A DNA stretch of 64,000 nucleotides from an uncultured Bacteroidota bacterium. GTDB lineage: Bacteria > Bacteroidota > Ignavibacteria > UBA10030 > UBA6906. The stretch's first letter is position 1, and every line of letters starts with the position of its first letter. A model generated the notes under the pieces. The model had not been told where the DNA came from, ran no database searches, and saw nothing but the letters and a program-made list of their open reading frames with translations. The stretch spans positions 320,001-384,000 of the forward strand of contig CAVOYH010000004.1 in the NCBI GenBank assembly GCA_963700635.1, read 5' to 3'. Below are positions 29,910-40,938 of the stretch, in pieces. Made by a program: the position numbers and the translations under genes.

Positions 29910-31709
29910 TTAGCGAACGCGGAAAGCGCGTTCGTAAAGAACGCTATTACCCATCTTGTCGGCCAGACGAATGGAGAGCCGGTGGGAACCCCTGCTGAGG
30001 GGGGAGGTGGGTTGTGCGGTTGCTCTGTGGTGTTCGCCGTCAATTTCCGGTATGATCATCGTGGCGTCAATGTACAGTTTTACTTCTTTATATTCAACGC
30101 CGGACAAATTGTCCCGAAAACGGAACGAAATGAGGGGTTGGCGATCGGTCCCGCTTATGCGGACTCGGTAAATGGTCGGGGGAATGGAGTCCTGCATCAA
30201 TGCAATATCCCCAAGAAACCGCCTCAGCCGGGCCGGAACGTAGCCGGCTGAATCAGGGTTTGCACGGGATAGAAACGTCCAGGATGTCCCGCTCCGCGTA
30301 TAGATGCCCGCATGGTTCATCTTCGAGGGTTGCTTGACGAGGAAGTCCAAACCGCCGTCCAGTGGAGTGCCGGTTGGTTCGATCCCATAGCCGGTGGCTC
30401 CCGCCTCCTGGAGTGGCGTGGCGCTGAGATCGACGGTGGAAAAGAATGAGGAGCGGGGGTACCTGATGATCATAGCTCCGCGGTCAAGGATGATCTCTCC
30501 CGCACCTGATGGATCTATCCGGTGGGTCCGGGGGCCGGAATCGAACGGTGTCTGTGTCCGGGACATTCCTTTGGTGTGCGGTTCGTTTCGCCGGCACTGA
30601 AATGTGCCGGCAAGTTCTGACGTGTTGCCATTGTAATCTACACAGATGACCGTAAATGTGTGCCGTCCCTCGCTCAGCCCGGGAGCAAAAAGAATACCGT
30701 TGCCGGGAGCCGATCCCGAAAAGATCGGGAGCTGATGGTGGGTATCGACAAACAGTTTGTGAAACCGTCCGCGCTGCTTGATCTCCGGTTGCTGGAGATA
30801 AACCAGTCGAATTTGATGGCCGTCCCGGAGCGGGACGCGGTCATAACGGACACTAAACAGTTCAGTGCTATCCACGACAAGCTGGAGCGTATAATAACCA
30901 TGAAGGTAGTTCGAAAAATCAGATCTGTCACGCGCGTCAACGGCAATCCCGATGCGGCCGTCCAGGACGGGGGATTCATCCAGGACATATCGTGTCGCAG
31001 AAACCTGGCGGGCTTTGATCACCCGTGGTGCGGGGACATTGTTAACCTGTCCGGAAGAATCGATCGGGGTGAATACCAATGCCCGGAAAATGGGGGGTAG
31101 CCCGTCAACGATCGAAAAGGGATCGGCAAGCAGAGGGTTGATGGTGTTATTAAACTCGTCCCGGATTTCAAAATGTAGATGCGCAGAGCCCGACCCGGTG
31201 TCCCCGGCAAAAGCGACTATCTGGCCGGTTGTCACCGGCAAAGAGTCCGGTGGGAAGGTGATATCAACTGGATAGTATCCCTTGCGCAGCTGTTCTTTCT
31301 GCACGATGGCTTCAATCCAGGGGGGAAAACCCTGAAGGTGCGCGTATGAGGTTGTAAAACCGTCTGCGTGACGGATGTGGATGATTTTGCCGTATCCTGT
31401 CGGCGAAATGGTGATGCGTCTGATATATCCCTCGCGGGACGCCATAACGGGAAGCCCGATCGTGTCGCCGGTGCTGATGTCAATTCCTGCGTGAAAATGT
31501 GTGGACCGGTACTCACCAAAGGAGGATGTCATCGTGGTACTGGTTGTCATCGGCCAGATGTACGAAGACAGATCGGTCCGGATGGAGTCGTACGGGTTGA
31601 CGTCAGGCCTTCTTGCTTCCGGAGCGGAAACCGTTTTCCAGGACAGACTGCCGGGGAAGAGGAGCGTTGCGGCGATAAGGTAGAGTATCTTGATGGATGT
31701 CCTCAGCAC
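29910..31709 (-). CDS. M23 family metallopeptidase
   Basis: Signal peptide; FGEYR..HFHAGID, YAHL, GDTG.GSAHLHFEIR. Confidence 0.88.
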   Translation of the reverse strand: MLRTSIKILYLIAATLLFPGSLSWKTVSAPEARRPDVNPYDSIRTDLSSYIWPMTTSTTMTSSFGEYRSTHFHAGIDISTGDTIGLPVMASREGYIRRITISPTGYGKIIHIRHADGFTTSYAHLQGFPPWIEAIVQKEQLRKGYYPVDITFPPDSLPVTTGQIVAFAGDTGSGSAHLHFEIRDEFNNTINPLLADPFSIVDGLPPIFRALVFTPIDSSGQVNNVPAPRVIKARQVSATRYVLDESPVLDGRIGIAVDARDRSDFSNYLHGYYTLQLVVDSTELFSVRYDRVPLRDGHQIRLVYLQQPEIKQRGRFHKLFVDTHHQLPIFSGSAPGNGILFAPGLSEGRHTFTVICVDYNGNTSELAGTFQCRRNEPHTKGMSRTQTPFDSGPRTHRIDPSGAGEIILDRGAMIIRYPRSSFFSTVDLSATPLQEAGATGYGIEPTGTPLDGGLDFLVKQPSKMNHAGIYTRSGTSWTFLSRANPDSAGYVPARLRRFLGDIALMQDSIPPTIYRVRISGTDRQPLISFRFRDNLSGVEYKEVKLYIDATMIIPEIDGEHHRATAQPTSPLSRGSHRLSIRLADKMGNSVLYERAFRVR

Positions 31710-31730
31710 GAATGTCTCTCCATTGATCCG

Positions 31731-32396
31731 TCAGTCACGCTGTGCCACGCTGACTGTGAGAGATCCGACATCCTGCAATTCGGCCGTGAGGATGTCACCC
31801 GGCAGTGCGGGGCCGACGCCTTCAGGGGTCCCGGTAAAGACGAGGTCGCCGGGTTCAAGGGTAAACACAGAAGAAATGTAGGCAAGCATGGTTTCAACCC
31901 GAAAGATCATGTGTCGGGTGTTGGACTGCTGGCGCGTCATACCATTCACGCTGAGACGGATGTCAAGTGTATGCGGATCCTTGATCGTTTCAGCGGGCAC
32001 AAACGAGCCGACAGGGGCTGATGTATCGAACCCCTTTGAGACACTCCAGGGAAGACCTTTTTTCTTGGCGTCGGACTGAATGTCGCGCAGCGTCATATCA
32101 AGCCCGACGGCATATCCCTGCACATACTCCATGGCCCGATCCGGACGGATGTCCTTCCCTTCACGTCCGATGAGCAGGACCATCTCCACTTCATAATGAA
32201 GTTCATGCGAAAAGGCCGGAATGTGAACAGCACCTCCGTCTTCGAGGAGTGCGCTGGAAGGTTTCAGAAAGAGCACAGGCACCGATGGAACATCGGCGTT
32301 CATCTCTTTTGCGTGCTCAATATAGTTCCGTCCGAGACAGATAATCTTGCCTGGACGTACTGTGCGTTCCGAGCCCCCAAATCGAAGGAGAGTCAT
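31731..32396 (-). CDS. fumarylacetoacetate hydrolase family protein (YcgM/FAHD1-like)
   Basis: KIICLGRNY.EHA.E, FLKP, HYEVE, DMTLRD.Q, KGFDT, TLEPGD...TGTPEGVG. Confidence 0.92.
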   Translation of the reverse strand: MTLLRFGGSERTVRPGKIICLGRNYIEHAKEMNADVPSVPVLFLKPSSALLEDGGAVHIPAFSHELHYEVEMVLLIGREGKDIRPDRAMEYVQGYAVGLDMTLRDIQSDAKKKGLPWSVSKGFDTSAPVGSFVPAETIKDPHTLDIRLSVNGMTRQQSNTRHMIFRVETMLAYISSVFTLEPGDLVFTGTPEGVGPALPGDILTAELQDVGSLTVSVAQRD

Positions 32397-32437
32397 TGCC
32401 AGAATCCTGTCTGCAGCGTCTGTTTATCCACCCTCTT

Positions 32438-32507
32438 AATATAGAGACGCATGGAGAGAATCGCAAGTTATGGCCGTCTTGCAATTCCACAAAAAACTGA
32501 CTACACT
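32438..32507. promoter_or_regulatory. divergent promoters for the FAH-family gene and purM
   Basis: Minus strand TTGCGA-17-TATATT (32466-32438); plus strand TTGCAA-17-TACACT (32479-32507). Confidence 0.5.
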
Positions 32508-32544
32508 CTTGCACACCAACCTTTTTCACTCCATCGGAGTAGTC

Positions 32545-33543
32545 GTGGCGATCACATATGCACAAGCGGGGGTCAATATTGCCGCCGGAAATGCCTTCGT
32601 CCGCCGTATCAAGAAGGAAGTCCGGTCAACATTTACCGGCAGAGTCCTGAGGGATATTGGTGCATTCGGTTCGTTCGTGGATGCGCGTTTTGTTGGATAT
32701 CGTTCACCAGTGCTTGTCTCGAGTGTGGATGGGGTCGGGACAAAGCTCCTGGTGGCACGCCTGGCAGGGAAGCACGATACGGTTGGTCAGGATCTTGTCA
32801 ACCATTGTGTGAACGATATTCTCGTATGCGGCGCGACTCCTCTGTACTTTCTCGATTATTTTGCCACGGGGAGGCTGGATCTGCGAATAGCCTCAGACCT
32901 CATCAGGGGTTTTTCAAAAGCATGCCGTGAGAACGGGTGCGCGCTTGTTGGAGGCGAGACGGCGGAAATGCCCGGGCTGTATTCAGGCCGGGACTATGAT
33001 CTGGCCGGCATGATTGTGGGTGTGGTGGACCGGCGGAATATACTTGACGGACGCAAGGTGCGGAAGGGAGATGTTCTCATCGGGCTACCGTCTACAGGGC
33101 TCCACACCAACGGCTACTCACTGGCCAGGGCCGTGCTTCTGAAACACTACCGTGTAAGCCAGCGCGTCCCGGAACTCGGGAAGACACTCGCCACCGCCTT
33201 GCTCGCCGTACATCGTTCGTACCTGGCTCCCGTCCGACCGTTGCTGAAGAATCCGGCGCTGCGGGGGATGTCCCATATCACAGGTGGCGGGATCAGCGGC
33301 AATACAAACCGGGTTTTGCCAGAAGGTCTCCGTCTCCGGATAGATTGGGATGCGTGGGGCCGTCCGGAGCTTTTCCGTCTCATCCAGAAGCTCGGGAAAG
33401 TCCCGGAAGCGGACATGCGGAGAACTTTTAACCTCGGTATCGGCCTCATCCTGATAGTCCAGCCGACCTCTGCCGCATCCATCATCCGGTCCCTCCGCCG
33501 GAAAGGCGAAAAACCGGTCGTCATCGGCCATGTAACGGGGTAG
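32545..33543 (+). CDS. purM: phosphoribosylformylglycinamidine cyclo-ligase (AIR synthetase)
   Basis: TYAQAGV, DGVGTK, GGETAEMPG, GLHTNGYSL, HITGGG, TFNLGIG. GTG start with GGAG SD. Confidence 0.96.
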   Translation: MAITYAQAGVNIAAGNAFVRRIKKEVRSTFTGRVLRDIGAFGSFVDARFVGYRSPVLVSSVDGVGTKLLVARLAGKHDTVGQDLVNHCVNDILVCGATPLYFLDYFATGRLDLRIASDLIRGFSKACRENGCALVGGETAEMPGLYSGRDYDLAGMIVGVVDRRNILDGRKVRKGDVLIGLPSTGLHTNGYSLARAVLLKHYRVSQRVPELGKTLATALLAVHRSYLAPVRPLLKNPALRGMSHITGGGISGNTNRVLPEGLRLRIDWDAWGRPELFRLIQKLGKVPEADMRRTFNLGIGLILIVQPTSAASIIRSLRRKGEKPVVIGHVTG

Positions 33544-33850
33544 ATTCCCGGCGCTCCAGCTCCTGTGCGACCTCATCCATGAACCTCTTCCAGCGTGAAA
33601 CGTCCTCGTTGTACCATCGGACCGTCGCCTCGTAGGTATCCCTGGAGATGCCTGTACGATCCAGAACGGCTGCGGCATTGCCGGCAGATGTATGAGCGTC
33701 GGCTTTGGCATTACGTGATCTCAGGGATTCCTGCAGCATGTCACAGTAGACGACAACAAAACGGTCCTGGTCGAGGACCCCCGCTGGGCGAGGGCCGAAT
33801 TGACAGGAAAGGAGGAAAATCAGAGGAAAGAGAGGCGCAAGACGTCGCAT
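33521..33850 (-). CDS. small helical lipoprotein, DUF4296-like
   Basis: LLSC lipobox after the ATG at 33850; D....E...VL...GIS...Y..T..WY pattern. Confidence 0.55.
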   Translation of the reverse strand: MRRLAPLFPLIFLLSCQFGPRPAGVLDQDRFVVVYCDMLQESLRSRNAKADAHTSAGNAAAVLDRTGISRDTYEATVRWYNEDVSRWKRFMDEVAQELERRESTPLHGR

Positions 33851-33856
33851 ATGTGT

Positions 33857-33935
33857 AGAATACGGCTTTGTTTGCAGGAAGTCAACGCAGAGTGGGCGGG
33901 GATTTCTTGACTTTAAGAGCCAGGGTGGGTATATT
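33857..33935. promoter_or_regulatory. divergent promoters for the DUF4296-like gene and efp
   Basis: Minus strand TTGACT-17-TATTCT (33885-33857); plus strand TTGACT-17-TATATT (33907-33935). Confidence 0.6.
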
Positions 33936-33976
33936 AATGTTCCATTTCTGATCACCCTTGAATTGCCTTAATCTCT

Positions 33977-34540
33977 ATGCCGTCTACTTCTGACTTCCGA
34001 CCCGGATTGGTCATCAAATACAACACTGAATTATGGACCGTCGTGGAGTTTCAGCACGTCAATCCGGGAAATTGGCGCGCCTTTGTACGAACGAAGCTGA
34101 AGAACCTGAAAAGCGGCAAAGTTATCGAAAACCGCTTCCGTGCGGGTGAGGCAATTGAGATCATCCGGATTGAACGCAAGGAATTCCAGTTTCTCTATCG
34201 GGATGCAAGCGGCTATGTCTTTATGGACAAAAGTGACTACGAGCAGCTTACCGTGCAGCAGGAACAGATAGGCGATGGAGCATTGTTTCTGAAGGATGGC
34301 GAGTCGGTGGATATTCTCTTTAACGGCACGGACATTACGGGTGTGGAAATCCCCATTACGGTTGAATTAAAAGTTGTGGAGACCGTCCCCGGCGTGCGGG
34401 GTGATAGTGCCAATGCAGGAACAAAGCCAGCTCAGGTCGAGACCGGTGCAAATGTGAATGTGCCACTCTTTATCAATGAGGGGGATCAGATCAAGATCGA
34501 CACGCGGACGGGGGGCTACATCGAGCGGGTGAAGAATTGA
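33977..34540 (+). CDS. efp: translation elongation factor P
   Basis: [12 protein letters not shown]...YEQ, PGVRGD, KPA..ETG..V.VPLFI..G..I.IDTR.G.Y..R. Confidence 0.96.
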   Translation: MPSTSDFRPGLVIKYNTELWTVVEFQHVNPGNWRAFVRTKLKNLKSGKVIENRFRAGEAIEIIRIERKEFQFLYRDASGYVFMDKSDYEQLTVQQEQIGDGALFLKDGESVDILFNGTDITGVEIPITVELKVVETVPGVRGDSANAGTKPAQVETGANVNVPLFINEGDQIKIDTRTGGYIERVKN

Positions 34541-34562
34541 AGCACACATCCGTGGAGAGCCA

Positions 34563-35066
34563 ATGGACCTAGTTTTGGTAAAGAAGTTGGTAAAGCTTCT
34601 GTCTGAAAGTGATGTCGATGAAATCGAGATCGAAGAAGAGGGCAAGAAGATCCGGATCGCAAAGCATCCGCAACGTGGCGGAGCGATAGGAACCGGCGGA
34701 CCCGGGCAGTGGGTGCCGGAACAAGCAAGGCAGGATATGCACCATCTGCCTGCTGCCGCGCCGGCTTCAGCCGCCGCACATCCTCCGGTGTCTGTACCGC
34801 CCTTGCCGGCTCCTCCGGCAGACAATATTCACGAAATCCATTCTCCGATCGTAGGTACGTATTATCACGCACCTGCTCCGGACGCAGCGCCATTTGTCCA
34901 GATCGGGTCTGTCATCCAGCCCGGTACTGTGCTCTGCATAGTCGAGGCGATGAAGCTGATGAACGAAATTGAAGCTGACGTCGCCGGCAAAATCATCAAG
35001 ATCCTCGTCGAAAACGGACAACCTGTCGAGTACGGCCAGGTGCTGTTCGTTCTCGAAAAATCGTAA
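34563..35066 (+). CDS. accB: acetyl-CoA carboxylase biotin carboxyl carrier protein
   Basis: [17 protein letters not shown] biotinylation motif, Pro/Ala linker. Confidence 0.96.
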   Translation: MDLVLVKKLVKLLSESDVDEIEIEEEGKKIRIAKHPQRGGAIGTGGPGQWVPEQARQDMHHLPAAAPASAAAHPPVSVPPLPAPPADNIHEIHSPIVGTYYHAPAPDAAPFVQIGSVIQPGTVLCIVEAMKLMNEIEADVAGKIIKILVENGQPVEYGQVLFVLEKS

Positions 35067-35094
35067 TTTCTCGCCCGAACTCCGGAATATCCGC

Positions 35095-36441
35095 GTGTTC
35101 AAAAAGGTCCTCATTGCCAATCGCGGGGAAATCGCCCTGCGCATCATCCGGGTCTGCAAGCAGTTCGGCATCAAAACCGTTGCCGTGTACTCGCAAGCCG
35201 ACATGGATTCCCTTCACGTGCGATTTGCCGATGAAGCTGTCTGTATTGGTCCGCCTCCCGGCAAGGAAAGCTACCTGAAGATCCCACGGATCATCGCGGC
35301 CGCCGAAATCACCAACGTTGATGCGATCCACCCCGGATACGGCTTCCTCGCAGAAAACGCCAGTTTTGCAGAAATCTGCACCTCCACCGGTATCAAGTTC
35401 ATCGGACCGAGCGCGGAAATGATCTCCCAGATGGGAGACAAGGCGTTGGCGAAGGAAACCATGAAGAAAGCCGGAGTGCCTGTCGTCCCCGGCAGTGAAG
35501 GCATCGTCAAATCAGCCGGCGAGGCCATTGAGATCGCCAAAGAGTTTGGCTTCCCCGTGATCATCAAGGCTGTAGCGGGTGGCGGGGGTAGGGGCATGCG
35601 GATCGTTCGTGAAGAAGCCGAGATGGAGCAGGCGATCATGACCGCTCAGCACGAAGCCGAACAGGCCTTTGCAAACCCGGGTGTCTATGTCGAGAAATTT
35701 GTCGAGCAACCGCACCACATTGAGATCCAGGTGTTCGGGGATCAGCAGGGAAACGCGATCCACTTTGGTGAGCGGGACTGTTCCGTGCAGCGGCGGCATC
35801 AGAAGCTCATCGAAGAATCTCCCTCCCCGTTTGTTGATGAGGTCCTGCGCAAAAAGATGGGTGAAGCCGCGATAAAGGGGTGCAAAGCTGTCGGCTACGA
35901 AAATGCAGGGACCATCGAGTTCCTGGTGGACAAGGATAAGAACTTTTATTTTATGGAGATGAATACAAGAATCCAGGTCGAGCACCCCGTCACGGAGCAG
36001 GTGACCGGCCACGATCTTGTGAAACTCCAGCTTCAGGTGGCCGCGGGTGAACGCCTGCCCCGGAAGAAAATCGTGCCTCGCGGACATTCTATCGAGTGCC
36101 GGATCAACGCCGAAGATCCGGCGCAGAACTTCCGGCCGAATCCGGGAAAGATAACGGACTTCCACATGCCCGGGGGATTCGGCGTGCGAGTCGATACCCA
36201 CGTGTATGCCGGCTATCACGTTCCCCCGTACTATGATTCCCTTATCGCCAAACTCGTCGTGTTCGCACAAACGCGCGATGGAGCCGTTTCAAAAATGTCG
36301 TCGGCTCTCGATGAATTCACCATCGAAGGGATCAAGACCACCATACCGTTCCACCGTCAGGTTATGAAGGACGATCGGTTCAGACGGGGAAAATTCGACA
36401 CAAGCTTTCTTGACGCATTTCAGTTTGTCCCAGAGGTGTGA
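35095..36441 (+). CDS. accC: acetyl-CoA carboxylase biotin carboxylase
   Basis: [59 protein letters not shown] start. Confidence 0.97.
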   Translation: MFKKVLIANRGEIALRIIRVCKQFGIKTVAVYSQADMDSLHVRFADEAVCIGPPPGKESYLKIPRIIAAAEITNVDAIHPGYGFLAENASFAEICTSTGIKFIGPSAEMISQMGDKALAKETMKKAGVPVVPGSEGIVKSAGEAIEIAKEFGFPVIIKAVAGGGGRGMRIVREEAEMEQAIMTAQHEAEQAFANPGVYVEKFVEQPHHIEIQVFGDQQGNAIHFGERDCSVQRRHQKLIEESPSPFVDEVLRKKMGEAAIKGCKAVGYENAGTIEFLVDKDKNFYFMEMNTRIQVEHPVTEQVTGHDLVKLQLQVAAGERLPRKKIVPRGHSIECRINAEDPAQNFRPNPGKITDFHMPGGFGVRVDTHVYAGYHVPPYYDSLIAKLVVFAQTRDGAVSKMSSALDEFTIEGIKTTIPFHRQVMKDDRFRRGKFDTSFLDAFQFVPEV

Positions 36442-36474
36442 CGTTTTGGATACGGTTATAGCAAGGAGCACTCC

Positions 36475-36855
36475 ATGAGCCTTCCTGAAAACCTCAAGTA
36501 CACAAAAGACCACGAGTGGGTTCTGGTGGAGGGGATGGTAGGAACGGTGGGCATCACGAACCACGCCCAGGGCGAACTTGGCGATGTGGTGTTCGTGGAG
36601 TTGCCTGCCATGGGGAGGAGTCTGAAGCGCGGCGACTCATTCGGGACGATTGAAGCGGTAAAAGCAGTCGCCGATCTCTACGCGCCCGTCTCGGGGAGTA
36701 TTGCCGAAATTAATGGAGAACTCTCGGGGACTCCCGAGATCGTGAACAAGGATCCGTACGGCAAGGGATGGATGGTAAAGATCCGTCTGACCCACCCCGA
36801 TGAGGTGAAGGACCTGTTGGACGCAGCCGGGTACAAAGCCCTGTTGGGTACGTAA
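36475..36855 (+). CDS. gcvH: glycine cleavage system H protein
   Basis: YTKDHEW, GIT.HAQ..LGDVVFV, EAVKA lipoyl Lys, NKDPYGKGW. Confidence 0.96.
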   Translation: MSLPENLKYTKDHEWVLVEGMVGTVGITNHAQGELGDVVFVELPAMGRSLKRGDSFGTIEAVKAVADLYAPVSGSIAEINGELSGTPEIVNKDPYGKGWMVKIRLTHPDEVKDLLDAAGYKALLGT

Positions 36856-36859
36856 AACC

Positions 36860-39739
36860 CTACGGCTGCCGCTCATATGTTTCGACGGGCGGGCAGGTAC
36901 ACACCAGATTTCTGTCGCCGTAAGGGTTGTTCACACGGCTGACCACCGGCCAGAATTTCTGCGTCCGTGTCCACGGGGCAGGGAATGCAGCCTTCTCCCG
37001 GCTGTACGGCAACTTCCACGTATCTGCAACAACAACCTCTGCCGTGTGCGGCGCGTTTTTCAGAACATTCGCACTCCTGTCCGCTTTTCCTGTTTCGATC
37101 TCCCTGATTTCCTCCCTGATCAAAATCAACGCATCACAGAATCTGTCGAGTTCCGCCTTTGCCTCACTTTCCGTCGGCTCGATCATCAACGTCCCGGCGA
37201 CAGGGAACGACACAGTCGGAGCGTGAAAGCCGTAATCCATGAGCCGCTTGGCCACATCCTCGGCTTCAATCCCTGCTGAGGCCTTGAACCCTCGAAGGTC
37301 GATAATAAATTCGTGAGCGACGCGGTTGTTGATGCCTGTGTAGAGGATGGGGAAGTGTGCCTCGAGCCGTTTAGCCATGTAATTGGCATTCAGGATTGCC
37401 ATCATGGTGGCCTGTCGTAATCCTTCAGAACCCATCATGGCAATATAGGCCCAGGATATGAGGACGATATTGGCGCTGCCATACGGGGCTGCCGAGACGG
37501 GGCCGATCGCGTCCTCACCGCCGGTGGGGACAACCGGATGGCCGGGGAGAAACGGCGCAAGCTGGGTGGTCACGGCAATGGGTCCCATGCCGGGGCCCCC
37601 TCCTCCATGGGGTATGCAGAACGTTTTGTGGAGGTTAATGTGGCACACATCTGCTCCGAGTTCGGCCGGGCGGCACAGGCCCACCTGTGCGTTCATGTTT
37701 GCGCCGTCCATATAGACAAGCCCGCCGTGTGCATGAATGATGCTGCAAATGTCCTTGATGGTTTCTTCAAAGACCCCGTGCGTCGAAGGGTAGGTGATCA
37801 TGAGGGCGGCGAGATGGTCGCGATGTTCGCCTGCCTTTGTGCGGAGGTCAGCAACGTCGATATTTCCCCGATCGTCGCACCGGACAATCACGACCCGCAT
37901 ACCGGCCATCACAGCGCTTGCGGGGTTTGTGCCGTGGGCGGAAGAGGGGATCAGACAGACGTTGCGGCCGGCTCCGCCATGGGCGTCTAAATAAGCGCGA
38001 ATAACAAGGAGTCCGGCATATTCGCCCTGGGCTCCGGCGTTTGGCTGCAGTGATGCCGCGGCAAACCCTGTAATGTCGGTCAGCCAGGTTGAAAGTTCGC
38101 GGAAGATTTCGGTGTATCCCCGGGCTTGTTCCGCCGGTGCAAAAGGGTGCACCCCGGCGAAGGCGGGCCAGGTTATCGGTATCATCTCCGCAGTCGCGTT
38201 CAGTTTCATTGTGCATGACCCGAGGGGGATCATGCTGACGTTGAGGGCCAGATCCCGTGTTTCGAGCATGTGCAGGTAACGCAGCATCTGCGTCTCTGAA
38301 TGATGCGTGTTGAAGACGGGATGGGTAAGATACGGCGTTGTCCGGGCCTGCGGCCCTGCGTAACCCGGCGTGGATGTCGATGCCCACGCCTGGATGTCCC
38401 TGACGCCCCGTCTGCCTCCCGAGAAGACCATCAGGAGATCTCCAAGCTCCGCGGGTGTTGATTGTTCATCCAGTGTTATGCCGATCGTGCCGTCGTCAAA
38501 GTAGCGCAAATTGTAGCCGAGACTTCCGGCGTATTTGCGGACGGCTTCCGCCTTGAGTCTCCGGGGCTGGACCCTCAGCGTATCGACGTACGCATCGTGT
38601 ACAAGCGTATGACCTGCTTCCTTGAGTCCGCGGGCAAGAAGCCCCGTGTACTCATGAATTCTGGTTGCGATCTTCCTGATGCCGGCCGGTCCATGATACA
38701 CCGCGTACATCCCGGCCATGACGGCAAGCAGAACCTGCGCCGTGCAAATATTTGAAGTCGCCTTTTCTCTGCGTATGTGCTGTTCACGGGTTTGAAGCGC
38801 CATGCGCAACGCCGGTTTTTGCTGGGCGTCGATCGACAGGCCGATAATGCGGCCTGGCATGTGTCGTTTGTATGCATCACGTGTGGCGAGGAAGCCTGCA
38901 TGCGGTCCACCATACCCCATGGGTACGCCGAAACGTTGTGCGCTTCCAACGACGGCGTCGGCGCCAAACTCGCCCGGTGGAGTGAGTAACGCCAGTGACA
39001 GGAGGTCTGCGGCGATGCCTACGCGTACGCCCCCAGCATGTGCGGAGTCGATAAACCGGCTGTAGTCGTACACTGCTCCGTCGCTGGCGGGATATTGCAG
39101 CAAGGCCCCGAACAGCGCCGGGGTGATAGCCACCGTGCGATGGTCGCCGGCGAGAATCTGGATGCCCAGGGGTTTTGCTCTTGTCCGGAGAAGCGCAATC
39201 GTCTGTGGATGGCACTCTTCCGAAACAAAGAAGGTCCCCCCCGGGGGATGTTCTTTTGTCGCGTGGAAGAGGATCATAAGCTCGGCCGCAGCAGTTGCCT
39301 CATCAAGCAACGATGCGTTTGTCACCTCCATCGCCGTCAAATCGATAATCATGGTTTGAAAGTTAAGCAATGCTTCCAGCCTGCCCTGGGCGATCTCTGC
39401 CTGGTAGGGGGTGTAGGCGGTGTACCATCCGGGGTTTTCTAGGACGTTTCGAAGAATGACGGGAGGGGTGATCGTGCCGGCATAGCCCATACCGATCAGG
39501 CTCCGGAACCGGTGGTTCATCCCTGCAAAGTGGGAGGCTTTTTCCAGCATCTGATTTTCCGTGAGCGGGTCGCCGATGTGCAGGGGCTGCTCCGACCGGA
39601 GTGTGTGCGGGATAACCGTGGCGATAAATTCATCAAGCGACGTGGTGCCCAGAGCTGCAAGAAGAGCCGGGAGGGACTCGGGGCCTGGCCCGATGTGGCG
39701 CCGCATAAAAGAGGCATCAGGAGACAGGTTTATTGGCAT
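36860..39739 (-). CDS. gcvP: glycine dehydrogenase (decarboxylating), single-chain P protein
   Basis: [68 protein letters not shown]. Confidence 0.98.
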   Translation of the reverse strand: MPINLSPDASFMRRHIGPGPESLPALLAALGTTSLDEFIATVIPHTLRSEQPLHIGDPLTENQMLEKASHFAGMNHRFRSLIGMGYAGTITPPVILRNVLENPGWYTAYTPYQAEIAQGRLEALLNFQTMIIDLTAMEVTNASLLDEATAAAELMILFHATKEHPPGGTFFVSEECHPQTIALLRTRAKPLGIQILAGDHRTVAITPALFGALLQYPASDGAVYDYSRFIDSAHAGGVRVGIAADLLSLALLTPPGEFGADAVVGSAQRFGVPMGYGGPHAGFLATRDAYKRHMPGRIIGLSIDAQQKPALRMALQTREQHIRREKATSNICTAQVLLAVMAGMYAVYHGPAGIRKIATRIHEYTGLLARGLKEAGHTLVHDAYVDTLRVQPRRLKAEAVRKYAGSLGYNLRYFDDGTIGITLDEQSTPAELGDLLMVFSGGRRGVRDIQAWASTSTPGYAGPQARTTPYLTHPVFNTHHSETQMLRYLHMLETRDLALNVSMIPLGSCTMKLNATAEMIPITWPAFAGVHPFAPAEQARGYTEIFRELSTWLTDITGFAAASLQPNAGAQGEYAGLLVIRAYLDAHGGAGRNVCLIPSSAHGTNPASAVMAGMRVVIVRCDDRGNIDVADLRTKAGEHRDHLAALMITYPSTHGVFEETIKDICSIIHAHGGLVYMDGANMNAQVGLCRPAELGADVCHINLHKTFCIPHGGGGPGMGPIAVTTQLAPFLPGHPVVPTGGEDAIGPVSAAPYGSANIVLISWAYIAMMGSEGLRQATMMAILNANYMAKRLEAHFPILYTGINNRVAHEFIIDLRGFKASAGIEAEDVAKRLMDYGFHAPTVSFPVAGTLMIEPTESEAKAELDRFCDALILIREEIREIETGKADRSANVLKNAPHTAEVVVADTWKLPYSREKAAFPAPWTRTQKFWPVVSRVNNPYGDRNLVCTCPPVETYERQP

Positions 39740-39801
39740 AGGAAGTCGTAACTGGCGATTGTGATATGAGGGTTAGGCAGGAAGTGCCAAATTATGTGTT
39801 G

Positions 39802-39830
39802 AAGATACGGAGAACACTTCTGATATTCAA
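39802..39830 (-). promoter_or_regulatory. promoter of gcvP
   Basis: TTGAAT-17 nt-TATCTT about 60 nt upstream of the start. Confidence 0.5.
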
Positions 39831-39980
39831 TGAGTACATCCTGTCAGAAGGTTCCCAAACTTGGGAAAACAGGCGGAGTTTTCACAGGAAACCGGCGTTT
39901 AAGTGAGTTAAACCCTACCCACCTCTGGGCATACTATTTGAGCTTTCTGAGTCACCCTTCCACCAGGCGGAGACTGTTCC

Positions 39981-40937
39981 ATGAAGAAAAAAACAACAAC
40001 GACCAGGAAAACGACCCTCCGGGGTCGGGACTTTCTCTCTGTTGACGATTTTTCTCCGGCGGAGATCAGATCCCTGCTCACGCTGACGGCGGAAATCAAA
40101 GCGCGCCCAAAACGGTACCGGCGATCTCTTGACGGCAAGATGATGGCGCTGATCTTTGAAAAACCATCGCTGCGCACACGCACCACGTTTACCGTAGGCA
40201 TCAAACAACTCGGGGGTGATTCGTTGCTCCTGACGCCCGCCGACATCAACCTCGGCAAACGTGAATCTGTCTATGACGTCGCGAAAAACCTTGAGCGGAT
40301 GGTGGATGGGATTATGATCCGCACATTCGGCCACGACATCTGCACAGGCCTCGCACACCATGCGTCAATTCCGGTGATCAACGGCCTGACCGATCTGGAA
40401 CACCCCTGCCAGGCAATGGCGGACATCTTCACCGTGATCGAACACAAGAAGAACGTAAAACGGCTTAAGCTCAGCTACATCGGTGACGGGAACAACGTTG
40501 CCCATTCGTTGATGCTGATTGCCGCTAAATTGGGCGCCACCATGTTTGTGGCGACTCCTGAAGAGTTCAAACCGCAGCAGGGTATCATGGATCGTTCCCT
40601 CGCACTCGCAGCGGAGACGGGCGCTCGAATACTCTGGACGGCTGACCCGGTTGAGGCAGCACGGGAGGCCGATATGATCTACACAGATACCTGGGCGAGT
40701 ATGGGACAGGAATCGGAGGCGGAGTCCCGCCGGAAGATTTTCGCGCCGTATCAGGTGAACATGGATCTCTTTTCGCACGCTCACGAAGATGCACTCTTTA
40801 TGCACTGCTTGCCGGCGCATCGCGGGGAGGAGGTTACCGATGAGGTGATCGACTCGCCGCATTCGGTGGTCTTCCAGGAAGCGGAAAACCGGCTGCACGC
40901 CCAGAAAGCAATCATGCTTACGTTGTTACGGAAATAA
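39981..40937 (+). CDS. argF: ornithine carbamoyltransferase (ArgF/ArcB)
   Basis: FEKPSLRTR, HPCQ, GDGNNV, DTWASMGQ (SMG loop), MHCLPAHRGEEV, EAENRLH. Confidence 0.95.
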   Translation: MKKKTTTTRKTTLRGRDFLSVDDFSPAEIRSLLTLTAEIKARPKRYRRSLDGKMMALIFEKPSLRTRTTFTVGIKQLGGDSLLLTPADINLGKRESVYDVAKNLERMVDGIMIRTFGHDICTGLAHHASIPVINGLTDLEHPCQAMADIFTVIEHKKNVKRLKLSYIGDGNNVAHSLMLIAAKLGATMFVATPEEFKPQQGIMDRSLALAAETGARILWTADPVEAAREADMIYTDTWASMGQESEAESRRKIFAPYQVNMDLFSHAHEDALFMHCLPAHRGEEVTDEVIDSPHSVVFQEAENRLHAQKAIMLTLLRK

Positions 40938-40938
40938 T

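Noticed and set aside
39740-39980. Glycine riboswitch upstream of gcvP or ARG boxes upstream of argF
   Set aside because: The predicted gcvP leader is only ~55 nt with no aptamer motifs, and there is no convincing ARG-box palindrome
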